From contig JBPCLP010000043.1 of NCBI GenBank assembly GCA_051003195.1, forward strand, positions 38,914 through 102,913: 64,000 bases of DNA. The letters are read 5' to 3'. The notes beneath the pieces are model-generated. The model was given only the letters and a program-made list of their open reading frames with translations, was not told the DNA's origin and did no database searches. Position numbers and translations under genes: made by a program. This stretch comes from Candidatus Sumerlaeaceae bacterium. Its GTDB lineage: Bacteria > Sumerlaeota > Sumerlaeia > Sumerlaeales > Sumerlaeaceae. Positions 29,389 to 39,247 of the stretch are shown in pieces (positions within the stretch are counted from its first letter, which is position 1; each line of letters opens with the position of its first letter).

Positions 29389-31020
29389 ATGGCGATGGAC
29401 AAGGTCAATGTTGAGGAGTTGAAGAAGCGAAAGGATGGCCTGGATGTCATACATGATATCCACCGCTATGCTGAAAGCGGCTTCGCCTCGATCGACCCAC
29501 TCGATTTCCCCCTGTTCCGCTGGTATGGATTATATCAGCAGCGGCCCAATGACGGCTATTTCATGCAGCGGCTCAAGGTTCCAAACGGCAACCTTACAGC
29601 CCGGCAGCTTCGTTGCATCGCTCAAATCGCGATGGATTTCGGGCGCAACCTGATTGATATCACGACGCGCCAGACCTTTCAATACCACTGGCTTACTATC
29701 GACAAGGTTCCCGAGATGTTCCGCCGCCTGGCCGAAGTCGGAATCACGACCTCGGGCGCGTGCGGCGATATTACACGAAATGTAGTGGGTTGCCCTGTCG
29801 CAGGGTTGGACGCGAATGAGATCGTCGACGCTTACCCGCTGCTGCACCAAATATCCAATTTCCTCACCGACAATAAAGACTTCTCCAACCTCCCGCGAAA
29901 ATACAAAATTTCGATGTCGGGGTGCCACCTTCATTGCGCGCAGCCGGATATAAACTGTGTCGGCTTTTACGCGGTACGGGAAGGCAGCGACGTTGGCTTT
30001 GGACTCAAGGTAGGCGGAGGCCTGTCGACGAATCCCTATTTCGGCGCTGATATGGGCGTTTTCCTGCATTCGGAGGAAGTGCTCGAGGTGTTGAAGGCCG
30101 TGTCGGAGATATACCGCGATGCGCCACAGCTTCGCGAAAACCGTGGCCGCGCACGGTTGAAGTTCCTCATGCACGATCCAAAATTTGGCATTGGCGCAGC
30201 GGCGTTCAGGGCACGAATCGAAGACAAACTCGGCCGAAAAATGCGCGACGGTGGACCTTATCCGAGTCCACGCGACGCAGAGACAGACCACGTTGGTATC
30301 CAAAAGCAAAAGCAGGAAGGCTATTACTACGTCGGTATCGGGGTTCGCGCTGGTCGCCTGTCGGGCGATAAACTCATGAACATTGCTGCGGTCGCAGAGG
30401 AGTTCAGCAGCACCCAGAGCATTCGAAATACGAACAAGCAGAACTTCATCATTACACATGTGCCGGAAGCGAAGCTCGAGCAGCTCAAAGCGCGGCTGGA
30501 TCAGTTGGAACTCGACTACCGCCCCTCAGTTTTCAAACGCGCTCTCGTCTCATGCACCGGCATCGAATTCTGCAACCTTGCCGTAACGGAAACAAAAGAG
30601 GTGGGCCGCCGCGTAAGCCGCGAGCTTGAGGAGCGATTCCCGAACGCGACAAAGAACATACGGATTCACTTCAGCGGTTGCCCGAACAATTGCGGGCAGA
30701 ACGCCATCGCGGATATCGGGCTTCGCGGTGCGCGCAAAACACTGCCCGATGGCAAAATCGAAGAGTTTTTCGATATCCTGGTCGGCGGCGCAACCGGTGA
30801 GCAGCGGGCGTTTGCAGAAGTAAGCACACGCCGCTACCCGTCCGACAAAATTGCCGATGCGATCGGAAACCTCTACCAGGCCTACCTGGCCTGGTGCAGC
30901 AATGGGCAGATTTTCCAGGATTTCATCCGCGCGCACAACAAGGAGCAACTCGATGCCATTGCTCGCGGACTGCCTGTGCCCGAAGCAGCCCGGGCAGTAG
31001 CCGCAGCGCCTGCCTCCTGA
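29389..31020 (+). CDS. Ferredoxin-dependent nitrite/sulfite reductase (siroheme, 4Fe-4S; NirA/SirA type)
   Basis: RWYGLYQQ, DITTRQ, GDITRNV, NLPRKYK, CTGIEFC and SGCPNNCG siroheme/cluster ligands. Confidence 0.92.
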   Translation: MAMDKVNVEELKKRKDGLDVIHDIHRYAESGFASIDPLDFPLFRWYGLYQQRPNDGYFMQRLKVPNGNLTARQLRCIAQIAMDFGRNLIDITTRQTFQYHWLTIDKVPEMFRRLAEVGITTSGACGDITRNVVGCPVAGLDANEIVDAYPLLHQISNFLTDNKDFSNLPRKYKISMSGCHLHCAQPDINCVGFYAVREGSDVGFGLKVGGGLSTNPYFGADMGVFLHSEEVLEVLKAVSEIYRDAPQLRENRGRARLKFLMHDPKFGIGAAAFRARIEDKLGRKMRDGGPYPSPRDAETDHVGIQKQKQEGYYYVGIGVRAGRLSGDKLMNIAAVAEEFSSTQSIRNTNKQNFIITHVPEAKLEQLKARLDQLELDYRPSVFKRALVSCTGIEFCNLAVTETKEVGRRVSRELEERFPNATKNIRIHFSGCPNNCGQNAIADIGLRGARKTLPDGKIEEFFDILVGGATGEQRAFAEVSTRRYPSDKIADAIGNLYQAYLAWCSNGQIFQDFIRAHNKEQLDAIARGLPVPEAARAVAAAPAS

Positions 31021-31143
31021 ACACCTGCTTCTCGCGGGTGCAATAAAGTCGTACATCCGGGGCTTAAAGCGTCGATGCTCTTTTCCTTTGCGGTTCTTTG
31101 TGCCGCCGCGTCTCTGCGTCAGAGCCCGATGCTGGAATGATCC

Positions 31144-32421
31144 ATGACCACGCCTGAAATCCCCGCGGAAATTCGCGATGAGTACGAACTGCTTACGTCC
31201 TCCGTGGTGGACGTCCTGCCGCGTTCGGAATTTATCGCCAAACTCCAGCGCTCTCGCACAACAGGAAAGCCGTTGCGCATCAAGTACGGTGCGGATCCCT
31301 CAGCACCCGATATCCATCTCGGGCATTCGGTTCCCATCCGCAAGCTCAAGCAGTTCCAGGATGCCGGCCACCAGGTCGTGTTCATCATTGGCGGCTATAC
31401 CGCGCGCATTGGCGATCCCAGCGGCAAAAATACCGCACGGCCCCGGTTAAGCAAAGAAGACGTACAGCGCAACGCCCGGACCTACCTTGAGCAGATCTTC
31501 AAGATACTGGACCGCGAGAAGACCGAGGTCGTGGACAACTCGGATTGGCTGGAAGGGATGGATGTCTCCGCAACGATTGATCTGATGAGCCGCTATACGG
31601 TTTCTCAGATGCTCGAGCGCGAGGATTTTCACAATCGCTTCAATTCCGAAACCCCGATCTACATCCACGAATTTATCTATCCGCTGTTGCAGGGTTACGA
31701 TTCCATCGCGGTACGGGCCGATGTCGAACTGGGCGGCACGGACCAGAAATTTAATTTATTAGTCGGGCGGGAATTGCAGCGGCAGGATGGCCAGGAGCCC
31801 CAGTGCATCATGACAATGCCATTGCTGGTGGGTCTCGATGGGCAGCATAAGATGAGCAAGAGCCTGGGCAATTACATAGGCGTTAACGACAGCCCGCGCG
31901 ATATCTTTGGTAAAGCCATGAGCATCCCGGACGAGCTGATGCCCACGTACCTGGAACTTGCGGCAGGTGCCGCAGCACCGGAGGTTGCGCGGTTCCAGGC
32001 AGATTTAAGTTCCGGGCGCCTGCACCCCCGGGACGCAAAAATGATGATAGCTTCCCGCCTTACAGATTGTTATCATGGACCAGGTACCGGTGCGCGTGAA
32101 CAGGAAGATTTTCGGCTGCGCTTTTCCGCGCGTGAGTTCCCGGACGACACAGCAGAACAGCACTCGTTCCAGCTATCGGACGTGCCAAATCTTCAGCAGC
32201 TACTGTTGAAATTGGGTGCAGTAAAGAGCGGTCGTGAGGCACAACGACTGATCGAGCAGAAAGCCGTGAAGTGTATTGAATGCCCCGAGGTCGCCGGTCT
32301 TTCACTCGATACGGAAAACAACACGGATGTTTTAAGGCGTCCCCTGGTGCCCGGGCACTACAAACTGAAGATCGGCAAAACCAGGTTTGCCGTAGTGACG
32401 CTTAACGGCAGTACAAACTGA
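31144..32421 (+). CDS. tyrS: Tyrosine--tRNA ligase
   Basis: KYGADPSAPDIHLGH (HIGH), IGDPSG, YPLLQGYD, ELGGTDQKFN, KMSKS. Confidence 0.97.
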   Translation: MTTPEIPAEIRDEYELLTSSVVDVLPRSEFIAKLQRSRTTGKPLRIKYGADPSAPDIHLGHSVPIRKLKQFQDAGHQVVFIIGGYTARIGDPSGKNTARPRLSKEDVQRNARTYLEQIFKILDREKTEVVDNSDWLEGMDVSATIDLMSRYTVSQMLEREDFHNRFNSETPIYIHEFIYPLLQGYDSIAVRADVELGGTDQKFNLLVGRELQRQDGQEPQCIMTMPLLVGLDGQHKMSKSLGNYIGVNDSPRDIFGKAMSIPDELMPTYLELAAGAAAPEVARFQADLSSGRLHPRDAKMMIASRLTDCYHGPGTGAREQEDFRLRFSAREFPDDTAEQHSFQLSDVPNLQQLLLKLGAVKSGREAQRLIEQKAVKCIECPEVAGLSLDTENNTDVLRRPLVPGHYKLKIGKTRFAVVTLNGSTN

Positions 32422-32454
32422 AGATCGGCAAAACAGGTTTGCCGTTGTGACGCT
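32359..32454 (+). repeat. Near-tandem duplication of the tyrS 3' end
   Basis: TACAAACTGAAGATCGGCAAAACCAGGTTTGCCGTAGTGACGCT (32359-32402) repeated at 32412-32454 with one indel and one substitution. Confidence 0.9.
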
Positions 32455-32783
32455 GAAACACCTGATTGCGTTTGTTAATCCGTTAAAAAAACAGCGCTTA
32501 AGGGTCAATTCGCGCGCCCGCAGCCTGGCCAGAATTCCTTAAAGAAAATCGTACAGCAACCAGCGGATTTCCTATTGCTAGTGCATTGGCGACACACGCC
32601 TTATCGCCCCCGGCTTAAAGCTGCGTTCCGCGCTCCCGCTCTTTCCGCTCCCGCGCATTACACCACGCTCTGGCGTGTTTTTCGCTCCCCGTTCTGCTCA
32701 ATTAGAAGCGGTCTTTCAAGCCCGGCTGTCCTATGCTATGGCCACGGGAGTTGCTGTTGGACGCGAAAGAGAACATTATAAGA

Positions 32784-34307
32784 ATGTCGGACTCATCAGA
32801 GCCGACGGGCATTTCATCAGCTCCAGGGCCCCTGTCATGGTCCCATCGCGGCGGGGGTGCTCGAGTGGACGATTGCCTGCTCGAACGCTATCAATTACGC
32901 GATCGTCTTTCGACCCTGCTCGATGCTGTTCCCCCAAACCGGCGCCCTGCACGCCGGGTTTTACGAGCAATGGCTCTCGAAACGCGTGCTGCCGGTGAAC
33001 AGTCGGCCAGCGCGCTTCTCGACCTCTATCTTTCGGAGCGAGCTCCCCGGCGTGAGGAAGTAGCGCGCCTCATACTCCAGGGGCTGCCACGACCACTCGT
33101 GGACAACCTCGTCCGGCAGGCGATGGAGTCCCCCGCGACATCCGAGGTGCACAAAGAAAAGCTGACGGCGCTCGGTGTTGCATTGGCCAAAGCACATGCA
33201 GATGCGCCGCCACAACGGTTCGTCCCTCCTACCCAGATTCAGTACACGGCAGCCGAGCTGGTGGAAGCGTATCTTGAGGCGGTTGAGGAAGCACAGGCGA
33301 CAGAGCCGGAAGCGATCGGCCTGGTATGGTTGCGCGGTTTTCGTGGATTGCCGGACGCATTCCGTGTCCAGGTGCTGCGAGCACTTGCGGAGCGTCGCGA
33401 CCCGCTGTTTATGCCTGTTTTAGAAACCGAGGCTCGCAACGACAGTGTGGAGGTCCGGCGCACTGTTGCGGGTGTACTCGGAAACTTGCGCGTACAGGAA
33501 GCATTGGACCTCGCAATGCGCATGGAGTTTGATGTAGACGTCATGGTGCGCTACGATGCGGGACGCGCGGCTGAGCAGTTGAGAAAGGGCAAGCGATTGC
33601 CCCGCGCCGTTGCTGCTCCCGTGTTCGACCGCTGCTTCTGCCTTGCGGTACCCGGTGTGGGTGCTGCAGGCATCCTCTACGCCGCCCGCGCGGCAGACGG
33701 TACGATAAAATTCTGTTCGTTGCTGCTCGATACCTGGCATCGCGGAGTTGTCGATGCGTGGGGAAACGTTGGCTGCGACGAATCGCAATTCGCCGAGGTC
33801 GTGTTGGCCTTCAGTGCGGAAGTTTCCCATGTCTCTTGTCCGGAGGTATCGAGACGCGTGTACAATTGCCGGCCCCAGTTCCTGGCAATCACGCGCGCGG
33901 AAGCCCTGGAGCTGATCCGGAACTCGGTCATGGTCTCACGTTCGCGCGGTCGCAGATTGCCGGCGGAATTCCCGTTATGGGAGCGGCTGTTTCGATATGA
34001 AAACGAAGAAGAACACGAGATTTCGTCAGAACACGCGAACATCGTCGATGAGTTTGTTTTTGATCTGCATTGCGCGGCCTGCAACCGGCGCATTGCGGTC
34101 AATCGCACACGTACCAATCTGTCGGTAAGTGGCGGCTACGCGTTTTGCAGTAAGTGCCTGGCGAAACAGCGGGTCTGCTCGAGCTGCGGAAAACCCTATC
34201 GGCTTGCTTCCATTTCCGCAAAGCGCATCCTTGCGGCCTTTGACGAGTCGACCTGTACCCGCTGTGTCTCCCGAACGGCCAGGGCCGCTTCGACCAATTC
34301 CGCGTAG
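32784..34307 (+). CDS. Hypothetical protein with HEAT-like repeats and a C-terminal four-CxxC zinc-ribbon region
   Basis: DSVEVRRTVAGVLGNL and DVMVRYDAGRA (HEAT); CAAC, CSKC, CSSC, CTRC at the C-terminus. Confidence 0.65.
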   Translation: MSDSSEPTGISSAPGPLSWSHRGGGARVDDCLLERYQLRDRLSTLLDAVPPNRRPARRVLRAMALETRAAGEQSASALLDLYLSERAPRREEVARLILQGLPRPLVDNLVRQAMESPATSEVHKEKLTALGVALAKAHADAPPQRFVPPTQIQYTAAELVEAYLEAVEEAQATEPEAIGLVWLRGFRGLPDAFRVQVLRALAERRDPLFMPVLETEARNDSVEVRRTVAGVLGNLRVQEALDLAMRMEFDVDVMVRYDAGRAAEQLRKGKRLPRAVAAPVFDRCFCLAVPGVGAAGILYAARAADGTIKFCSLLLDTWHRGVVDAWGNVGCDESQFAEVVLAFSAEVSHVSCPEVSRRVYNCRPQFLAITRAEALELIRNSVMVSRSRGRRLPAEFPLWERLFRYENEEEHEISSEHANIVDEFVFDLHCAACNRRIAVNRTRTNLSVSGGYAFCSKCLAKQRVCSSCGKPYRLASISAKRILAAFDESTCTRCVSRTARAASTNSA

Positions 34308-34402
34308 CCGGCTGCGCCGGGCTCCACAATTTCCACGCATGCCTTAAATAACTGTAGCAAATGGTTGTGGGCGTATGGGTAATATGTACTTGTGCCTGAA
34401 TT

Positions 34403-36325
34403 GTGGCTAGCACTGCACCCTCGCCCCACACGAAATCCTCCATGCCCGAGATGATCGCGGGCAAATACGAGGTGCTGCAAACCATTGGACGCGGCGGAAT
34501 GGGTACGGTTTACAAAGCCGTCCAGCGAAATCTTGACCGCGTTGTTGCCATTAAGATGCTCAGCGAGGAGCTTGCGTCCGACCCCGAGTTTCGTGCCCGC
34601 TTTCAACAGGAGGCTACTGTTGTCGCGCGGCTTAGCCATCCCAACATAGTCGCCGTCTACGACATTGAGCCGCATAACCATACATTCTGCATAATCATGG
34701 AGTACCTCGACGGCGAAAACCTGCAGGCGAAAATTGATCGCGACGTAACGCTGGCCGAGCGCGACATTGTCCTGATTGGCGCGCAGGTCGCCCGCGCGCT
34801 GGGATACGCACACTCACAGGGTATTATCCATCGTGATGTGAAACCAGACAACATCCACGTGACCCCCAAAGGTGTCGCAAAGGTCATGGATTTCGGCATT
34901 GCGCGCTTCCTGGATTCAAAGCTGAAGACCCAGACGGGAATCAGCATGGGGACGCCGAAGTTTATGAGCCCCGAGCAGGTAACCGGAAAAAATGTGGATG
35001 GGCAGACGGATCTCTACAGCCTCGGCGTCTGTCTTTACTACTGCCTCGCGGGTCGTCCTCCGTTTGACGGCGAAAACGCGATCGCAGTTGCGACGCGGCA
35101 CCTCTACGAACAGCCGGAACCGCCGTCGCGCTATAATACGTCGATCTCCATCGCGGTTGAGAAGGTCATCATGCGCGCTCTTGAGAAACAGAAGAACGAG
35201 CGCTACGCGACGGGTTTCGACATGGCGGACGCGCTTGAAGGCACGCTCGGCATCCGCTCGCCCATTCGAATCTCCGACGACTCTGGCTCTGGCGTGTATT
35301 CGGGCGCCACCCAGAAGATCACGCTGCAGGCCGTGGGCGGAGGCATGGCGGAAATTGACGTCACGGAACCCATGGAGCTTACTCCAGGTGGCGGGATCAA
35401 TATGCCGGCGCCGCATTCGCAGAACCAGTCCCCCCGGGGAAGAGGCTGGAGCAATGTGACACCGGTGCCCATGCGCTCAGTCGCTGGAGGATTGGACGAC
35501 TTCTCGGGTCCTGAGCCCGCTTCTCCAACCCGGCCTGCCGGCGAGGCGCTCAAAACTCGCAGCGCTCTGCGCAGGTGGTGGCCTGCCTTTGCAGCCGCCT
35601 CGCTGCTCACTGCGGGTGTGGCTTACCTCGCGTTTGGCAAAACTGCTGGACCCGCTCGCACAATTGTCACCGGCGGAACCCTGACCCAGCCGTCGGTTGC
35701 TCACCAGTTCCAGGTTCTGCAGCAGCAGAGCGACGTCTTGGAGTCTCAGAAGAGGTACGGTGAAGCCCGAAAACGATGGGCCGAGTTTCAAAGCGCCAAT
35801 CGCGATTACGAACGTGCGACAGTGGAAGAGAGAATTGACCAGCTAACGGGCATGCTGCCCCTCTCCGAAAAAGCGCTGCTGGCGGAACGCCGACGGCAAA
35901 AAGGTTTGAGCCTCGTAGCCAGCAAGGAAGCCGTAGCTGCTGCGTACCTGCAGGCAGCGGAGGATCTGGATCCACAGGCCAGTAAATTCGCAGCCTCGCA
36001 ACTTCATAGGATTCTTCCGCTGATTAACGCCAGGCGTAATAGCCCCTCCGAAGCTGAACGACAGGGCGCTCAGGATGCACTGAATACCGCAAAGCGGCTG
36101 AGTAGTACCGGCAGTCAGTCAAATCCCAGAGAAGCTGAGGACGCTTTTCTGCAAGCCGTCAGTCTCGAACCTGGAAACGGATCGAACTGGATAGCGCTCG
36201 CAGACTTTTATCAGCAGCAGCACAGGAAAGACGACGCGCGTGTGATGTACGCCGCCGCAGCTCACTACGGTACGCCTGACATTAAGCGCGACGCCGATCG
36301 CAAACGGAATGCCCTCAATCAGTAG
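34403..36325 (+). CDS. Hanks-type Ser/Thr protein kinase with TM helix and TPR-like extracytoplasmic domain
   Basis: IGRGGMGTVY, VAIK, HRDVKPDN, DFGIA, GTPKFMSPEQ, DLYSLG; TM WWPAFAAASLLTAGVAYLAF. Confidence 0.93.
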   Translation: MASTAPSPHTKSSMPEMIAGKYEVLQTIGRGGMGTVYKAVQRNLDRVVAIKMLSEELASDPEFRARFQQEATVVARLSHPNIVAVYDIEPHNHTFCIIMEYLDGENLQAKIDRDVTLAERDIVLIGAQVARALGYAHSQGIIHRDVKPDNIHVTPKGVAKVMDFGIARFLDSKLKTQTGISMGTPKFMSPEQVTGKNVDGQTDLYSLGVCLYYCLAGRPPFDGENAIAVATRHLYEQPEPPSRYNTSISIAVEKVIMRALEKQKNERYATGFDMADALEGTLGIRSPIRISDDSGSGVYSGATQKITLQAVGGGMAEIDVTEPMELTPGGGINMPAPHSQNQSPRGRGWSNVTPVPMRSVAGGLDDFSGPEPASPTRPAGEALKTRSALRRWWPAFAAASLLTAGVAYLAFGKTAGPARTIVTGGTLTQPSVAHQFQVLQQQSDVLESQKRYGEARKRWAEFQSANRDYERATVEERIDQLTGMLPLSEKALLAERRRQKGLSLVASKEAVAAAYLQAAEDLDPQASKFAASQLHRILPLINARRNSPSEAERQGAQDALNTAKRLSSTGSQSNPREAEDAFLQAVSLEPGNGSNWIALADFYQQQHRKDDARVMYAAAAHYGTPDIKRDADRKRNALNQ

Positions 36326-36458
36326 CTTCCAGTGGCTTTCTTTGGGCTGCTCCATCGCGTAGTGGGCTACCCTCCATTCCGCACCGGGTTTCTTCAGAAT
36401 GCAGCTCAGAATTGGTCGCGGCAAATATCCGCGGTCCGGCTGCGTAGTTGCCCGCGGT

Positions 36459-37829
36459 ATGAAAATCGGCATAGTCACACTTGGTTGCGATAAGAACACC
36501 GTGGACAACGAGTACCTCGCGGGCCTGCTCTCCGAAGCGGGCGTGGAGGTTGTGCGTGCCGAGCATCAGGCGGACACCAACATTGATCGCAACCTCGATG
36601 CAGTCCTGATCAACACCTGCGGCTTTGTCGAATCGGCGAAGGTGCAATCCATACAATCGATCCTCAGTTGGGTCGAGCATAAGAAAGAGCGATTAAGTTC
36701 GGGCACAGGTAGATGCCGGGTGTTTGTGGCTGGTTGCCTCACGCAACGCTACCGTGAAACCCTTGTGCAGGAACTGCCCGAAGTGGATGGTTTCATGGGA
36801 GTGGGCGAGTTCGAAAAGGTCGTGCGACTCGTGCAGTCGCCCATAGATTCGACGTCGCCTTACAACATGATCCAGGAGCTGCCGGTTGTCCAGGTGCGCG
36901 AGGGTGGTTTGCCGCGCAAGCAACTTGGCCCGCAGGCGTCCCATGCCTTTCTGAAAATCGGCGATGGGTGCAATCACAACTGCACGTTCTGCGCGATCCC
37001 ATCATTCAAGGGCCGGCTGCGAAGCGTGAAGAAGGAGATATTGCTGGCAGAGGCGAAACTTCTCCTCAGCCGCGGTGTGCGTGAAATCAATCTCGTGGCA
37101 CAGGATACAAGCGACTACGGCAAAGACCTATATGGCCGCGACTATGGCGTTGCCGAGCTGATCAACGATATCGCCGCCCTGCCGGGGGACTTCTGGATAC
37201 GCCTGTTCTATTTTTATCCAGGCGGCCTGACACCAAAGTTTCTGGAAGCCGTAGCTGGCACACCAAAGTTTGCGCGCTACATCGATATGCCGTTGCAGCA
37301 CCTCCATCCCGAAGTTTTGCATCGCATGAAGCGTCCGCATAAGGAAGTAAAGACGCTGGACGCGCTTGCGAAGCTGCGTGCCGCGGTTCCTGGCATTGCT
37401 CTGCGTACGACGTTCATTACCGGTTTCCCCGGCGAAACAGAGGAACAGTTCGATTATCTTCTCAAGGGAGTCCAGAGAACACGGTTTAACCGTCTGGGCG
37501 CATTTCCATTTTCTGAAGAAGAGGGAACTGCCAGCGCGACCATGGACGGAATGGTTCCGCGCCGCATGCGCAAAAACCGGTACGATCGTCTGATGCGCGC
37601 GCAGGCCGTCATTGCACGCGAACTCAACGAGCTCCATATCGGCAGCGAATTGAAAGTACTGATTGAGCAACAGGTGGATGACCATCGATATATGGCCCGC
37701 AGTGAGTTTGACGCGCCCGAGGTGGACGGTGCCGTGATTGTCGATGCGCCAGGCGGCCTGAAGGTCGGCAATTTCGCGCAGGTGAAGATCGCCAGCGCCG
37801 ATACGTACGATCTCCACGCCGTGGCATAG
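36459..37829 (+). CDS. rimO: Ribosomal protein S12 methylthiotransferase
   Basis: LGCDKNTVD, INTCGF, VAGCL, radical SAM CNHNCTFC, LRTTFITGFPGET, C-terminal TRAM with DAPEVDG. Confidence 0.93.
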   Translation: MKIGIVTLGCDKNTVDNEYLAGLLSEAGVEVVRAEHQADTNIDRNLDAVLINTCGFVESAKVQSIQSILSWVEHKKERLSSGTGRCRVFVAGCLTQRYRETLVQELPEVDGFMGVGEFEKVVRLVQSPIDSTSPYNMIQELPVVQVREGGLPRKQLGPQASHAFLKIGDGCNHNCTFCAIPSFKGRLRSVKKEILLAEAKLLLSRGVREINLVAQDTSDYGKDLYGRDYGVAELINDIAALPGDFWIRLFYFYPGGLTPKFLEAVAGTPKFARYIDMPLQHLHPEVLHRMKRPHKEVKTLDALAKLRAAVPGIALRTTFITGFPGETEEQFDYLLKGVQRTRFNRLGAFPFSEEEGTASATMDGMVPRRMRKNRYDRLMRAQAVIARELNELHIGSELKVLIEQQVDDHRYMARSEFDAPEVDGAVIVDAPGGLKVGNFAQVKIASADTYDLHAVA

Positions 37830-37838
37830 CTCCCGGAA

Positions 37839-38228
37839 ATGGTAAGAACGCCGCTACTGCTGGGGTCGCTCTTTGGTTTTATTGCTGTAGCCGCTGGAGC
37901 GTTTGGCGCGCATGCTCTGCGTGATCGCCTGGACGCTTACTCGCTGGGCGTATGGAATACCGCGGCACAATACCAGATGACACATTCCATGGCGTTACTG
38001 CTGATTGGCGCCTTCGCGCTCTCGCGTCCTGGAATTACCGCACTTCGGCTCTCTACCTGGTGCTTCTCACTCGGAATTCTGATTTTCTGTGGCAGCCTCT
38101 ACGCACTTGCGCTGTCTGGAACCAGGTGGCTGGGCGCAATTACGCCACTCGGTGGTTTACTTTTCCTGGTCGGCTGGGCCGCCTTAGCCGTCTTTGCGCT
38201 TAAGCTTTTCGCGCTGGAAGAAAGATAA
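37839..38228 (+). CDS. DUF423 (YgdD/TMEM256) membrane protein
   Basis: VAAGAFGAHAL, TAAQYQMTH, FCGSLY, LGAITPLGG. Confidence 0.92.
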   Translation: MVRTPLLLGSLFGFIAVAAGAFGAHALRDRLDAYSLGVWNTAAQYQMTHSMALLLIGAFALSRPGITALRLSTWCFSLGILIFCGSLYALALSGTRWLGAITPLGGLLFLVGWAALAVFALKLFALEER

Positions 38229-38725
38229 TGGGTCTCGGTACAATTTTTATACTTACGCCCACCATCGGCTGGGCAACGCCACTGCTGTGGCCCATCATTT
38301 TCTCTGTTGCGGGGGCGCTTGGATACAAACAGCTGACATCCGCTTCCGATGACGCGCTTCTTCGCGGCGAGTTAAACAAGGAGCTGAACGCACTCAAGAC
38401 CGCCACCCTGCCGCTTGAGAATATCGTCAAAGACCTGGTCGCGGAAGAGGTCGGACGGGAGCAGGTACTGCGTTTCACCAAGGGCGATATTATCGTAGTG
38501 TTCAAGAGGGACTCGCGCGGCAAGTTCAGCGTGGAGGCAAGCGGTCCCAATAGCATGACGAAACGAGAACTCGAAGTAGCCGGGCTGGATTTCGCCCAGA
38601 ACGTTGTACAACAGTTCGCCTATAACAAAATGGCAGCCGAAATGGAACGCCGCGGAGCCAATATTATCGGCGAAGAGGTGAACGAAAACGGCGACATCGT
38701 CCTGAAGCTGCGCCGGTGGGACTGA
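38228..38725 (+). CDS. DUF1257/Ycf35-like protein with N-terminal hydrophobic segment
   Basis: C-terminal QQFAYNK...E...RG...EEVNENGDIVLKLRRW pattern; translationally coupled (TAATG) to the DUF423 gene. Confidence 0.6.
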   Translation: MGLGTIFILTPTIGWATPLLWPIIFSVAGALGYKQLTSASDDALLRGELNKELNALKTATLPLENIVKDLVAEEVGREQVLRFTKGDIIVVFKRDSRGKFSVEASGPNSMTKRELEVAGLDFAQNVVQQFAYNKMAAEMERRGANIIGEEVNENGDIVLKLRRWD

Positions 38726-38729
38726 GAAA

Positions 38730-39002
38730 CTATCTCAAAGCACGAACGACTGTAGCCGGCACCTGCAATATCGCGTAAGCGAAGGCAGCGCAACCCAGCA
38801 TGCCGCCTGCGAGTGCAACATACGAAAAATGCGGAAATATCAGCATGGAAATCCCGGCGAGTGAAATCGTGAGCTGTCCGGCCCAGGCAAGCTGAACTGC
38901 TGCCTCCGATGCTCGTCTTGCGGCGAATGTGGGCAACACAAAACTCAATAAGAGTAGCAAAATGAAGGATATGCTTTGCTGTTCTACAAGCAGTTGCTCC
39001 AT
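38730..39002 (-). CDS. Small hypothetical membrane protein (about 3 TM)
   Basis: GGAGG RBS before ATG 39002; three hydrophobic stretches. Confidence 0.55.
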   Translation of the reverse strand: MEQLLVEQQSISFILLLLLSFVLPTFAARRASEAAVQLAWAGQLTISLAGISMLIFPHFSYVALAGGMLGCAAFAYAILQVPATVVRALR

Positions 39003-39247
39003 TGGGTGATCCTCCGATCAGGGCATTTTGCCAAGGTAGACGCACAGGTTCCATCAAAAGTTGACCGGGCTACAGATAAACCGTAAATAATCTTTCACGG
39101 GCATTCCATGGCAAGGTCGCTTATTACCCGTGCTCCGGCACTGGAAATCAGGGCATAAGTCCTTGGTTTGGGTGAAGGTTTTGCAGAAATGCCCTATACT
39201 TGCTGTCTGCGCCTCGTGGGGCAGAATATATGAAATGGTCCTACTAA

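Noticed and set aside
31021..31143. T-box leader for tyrS
   Set aside because: The intergenic region is only about 120 bp and no T-box consensus is visible.
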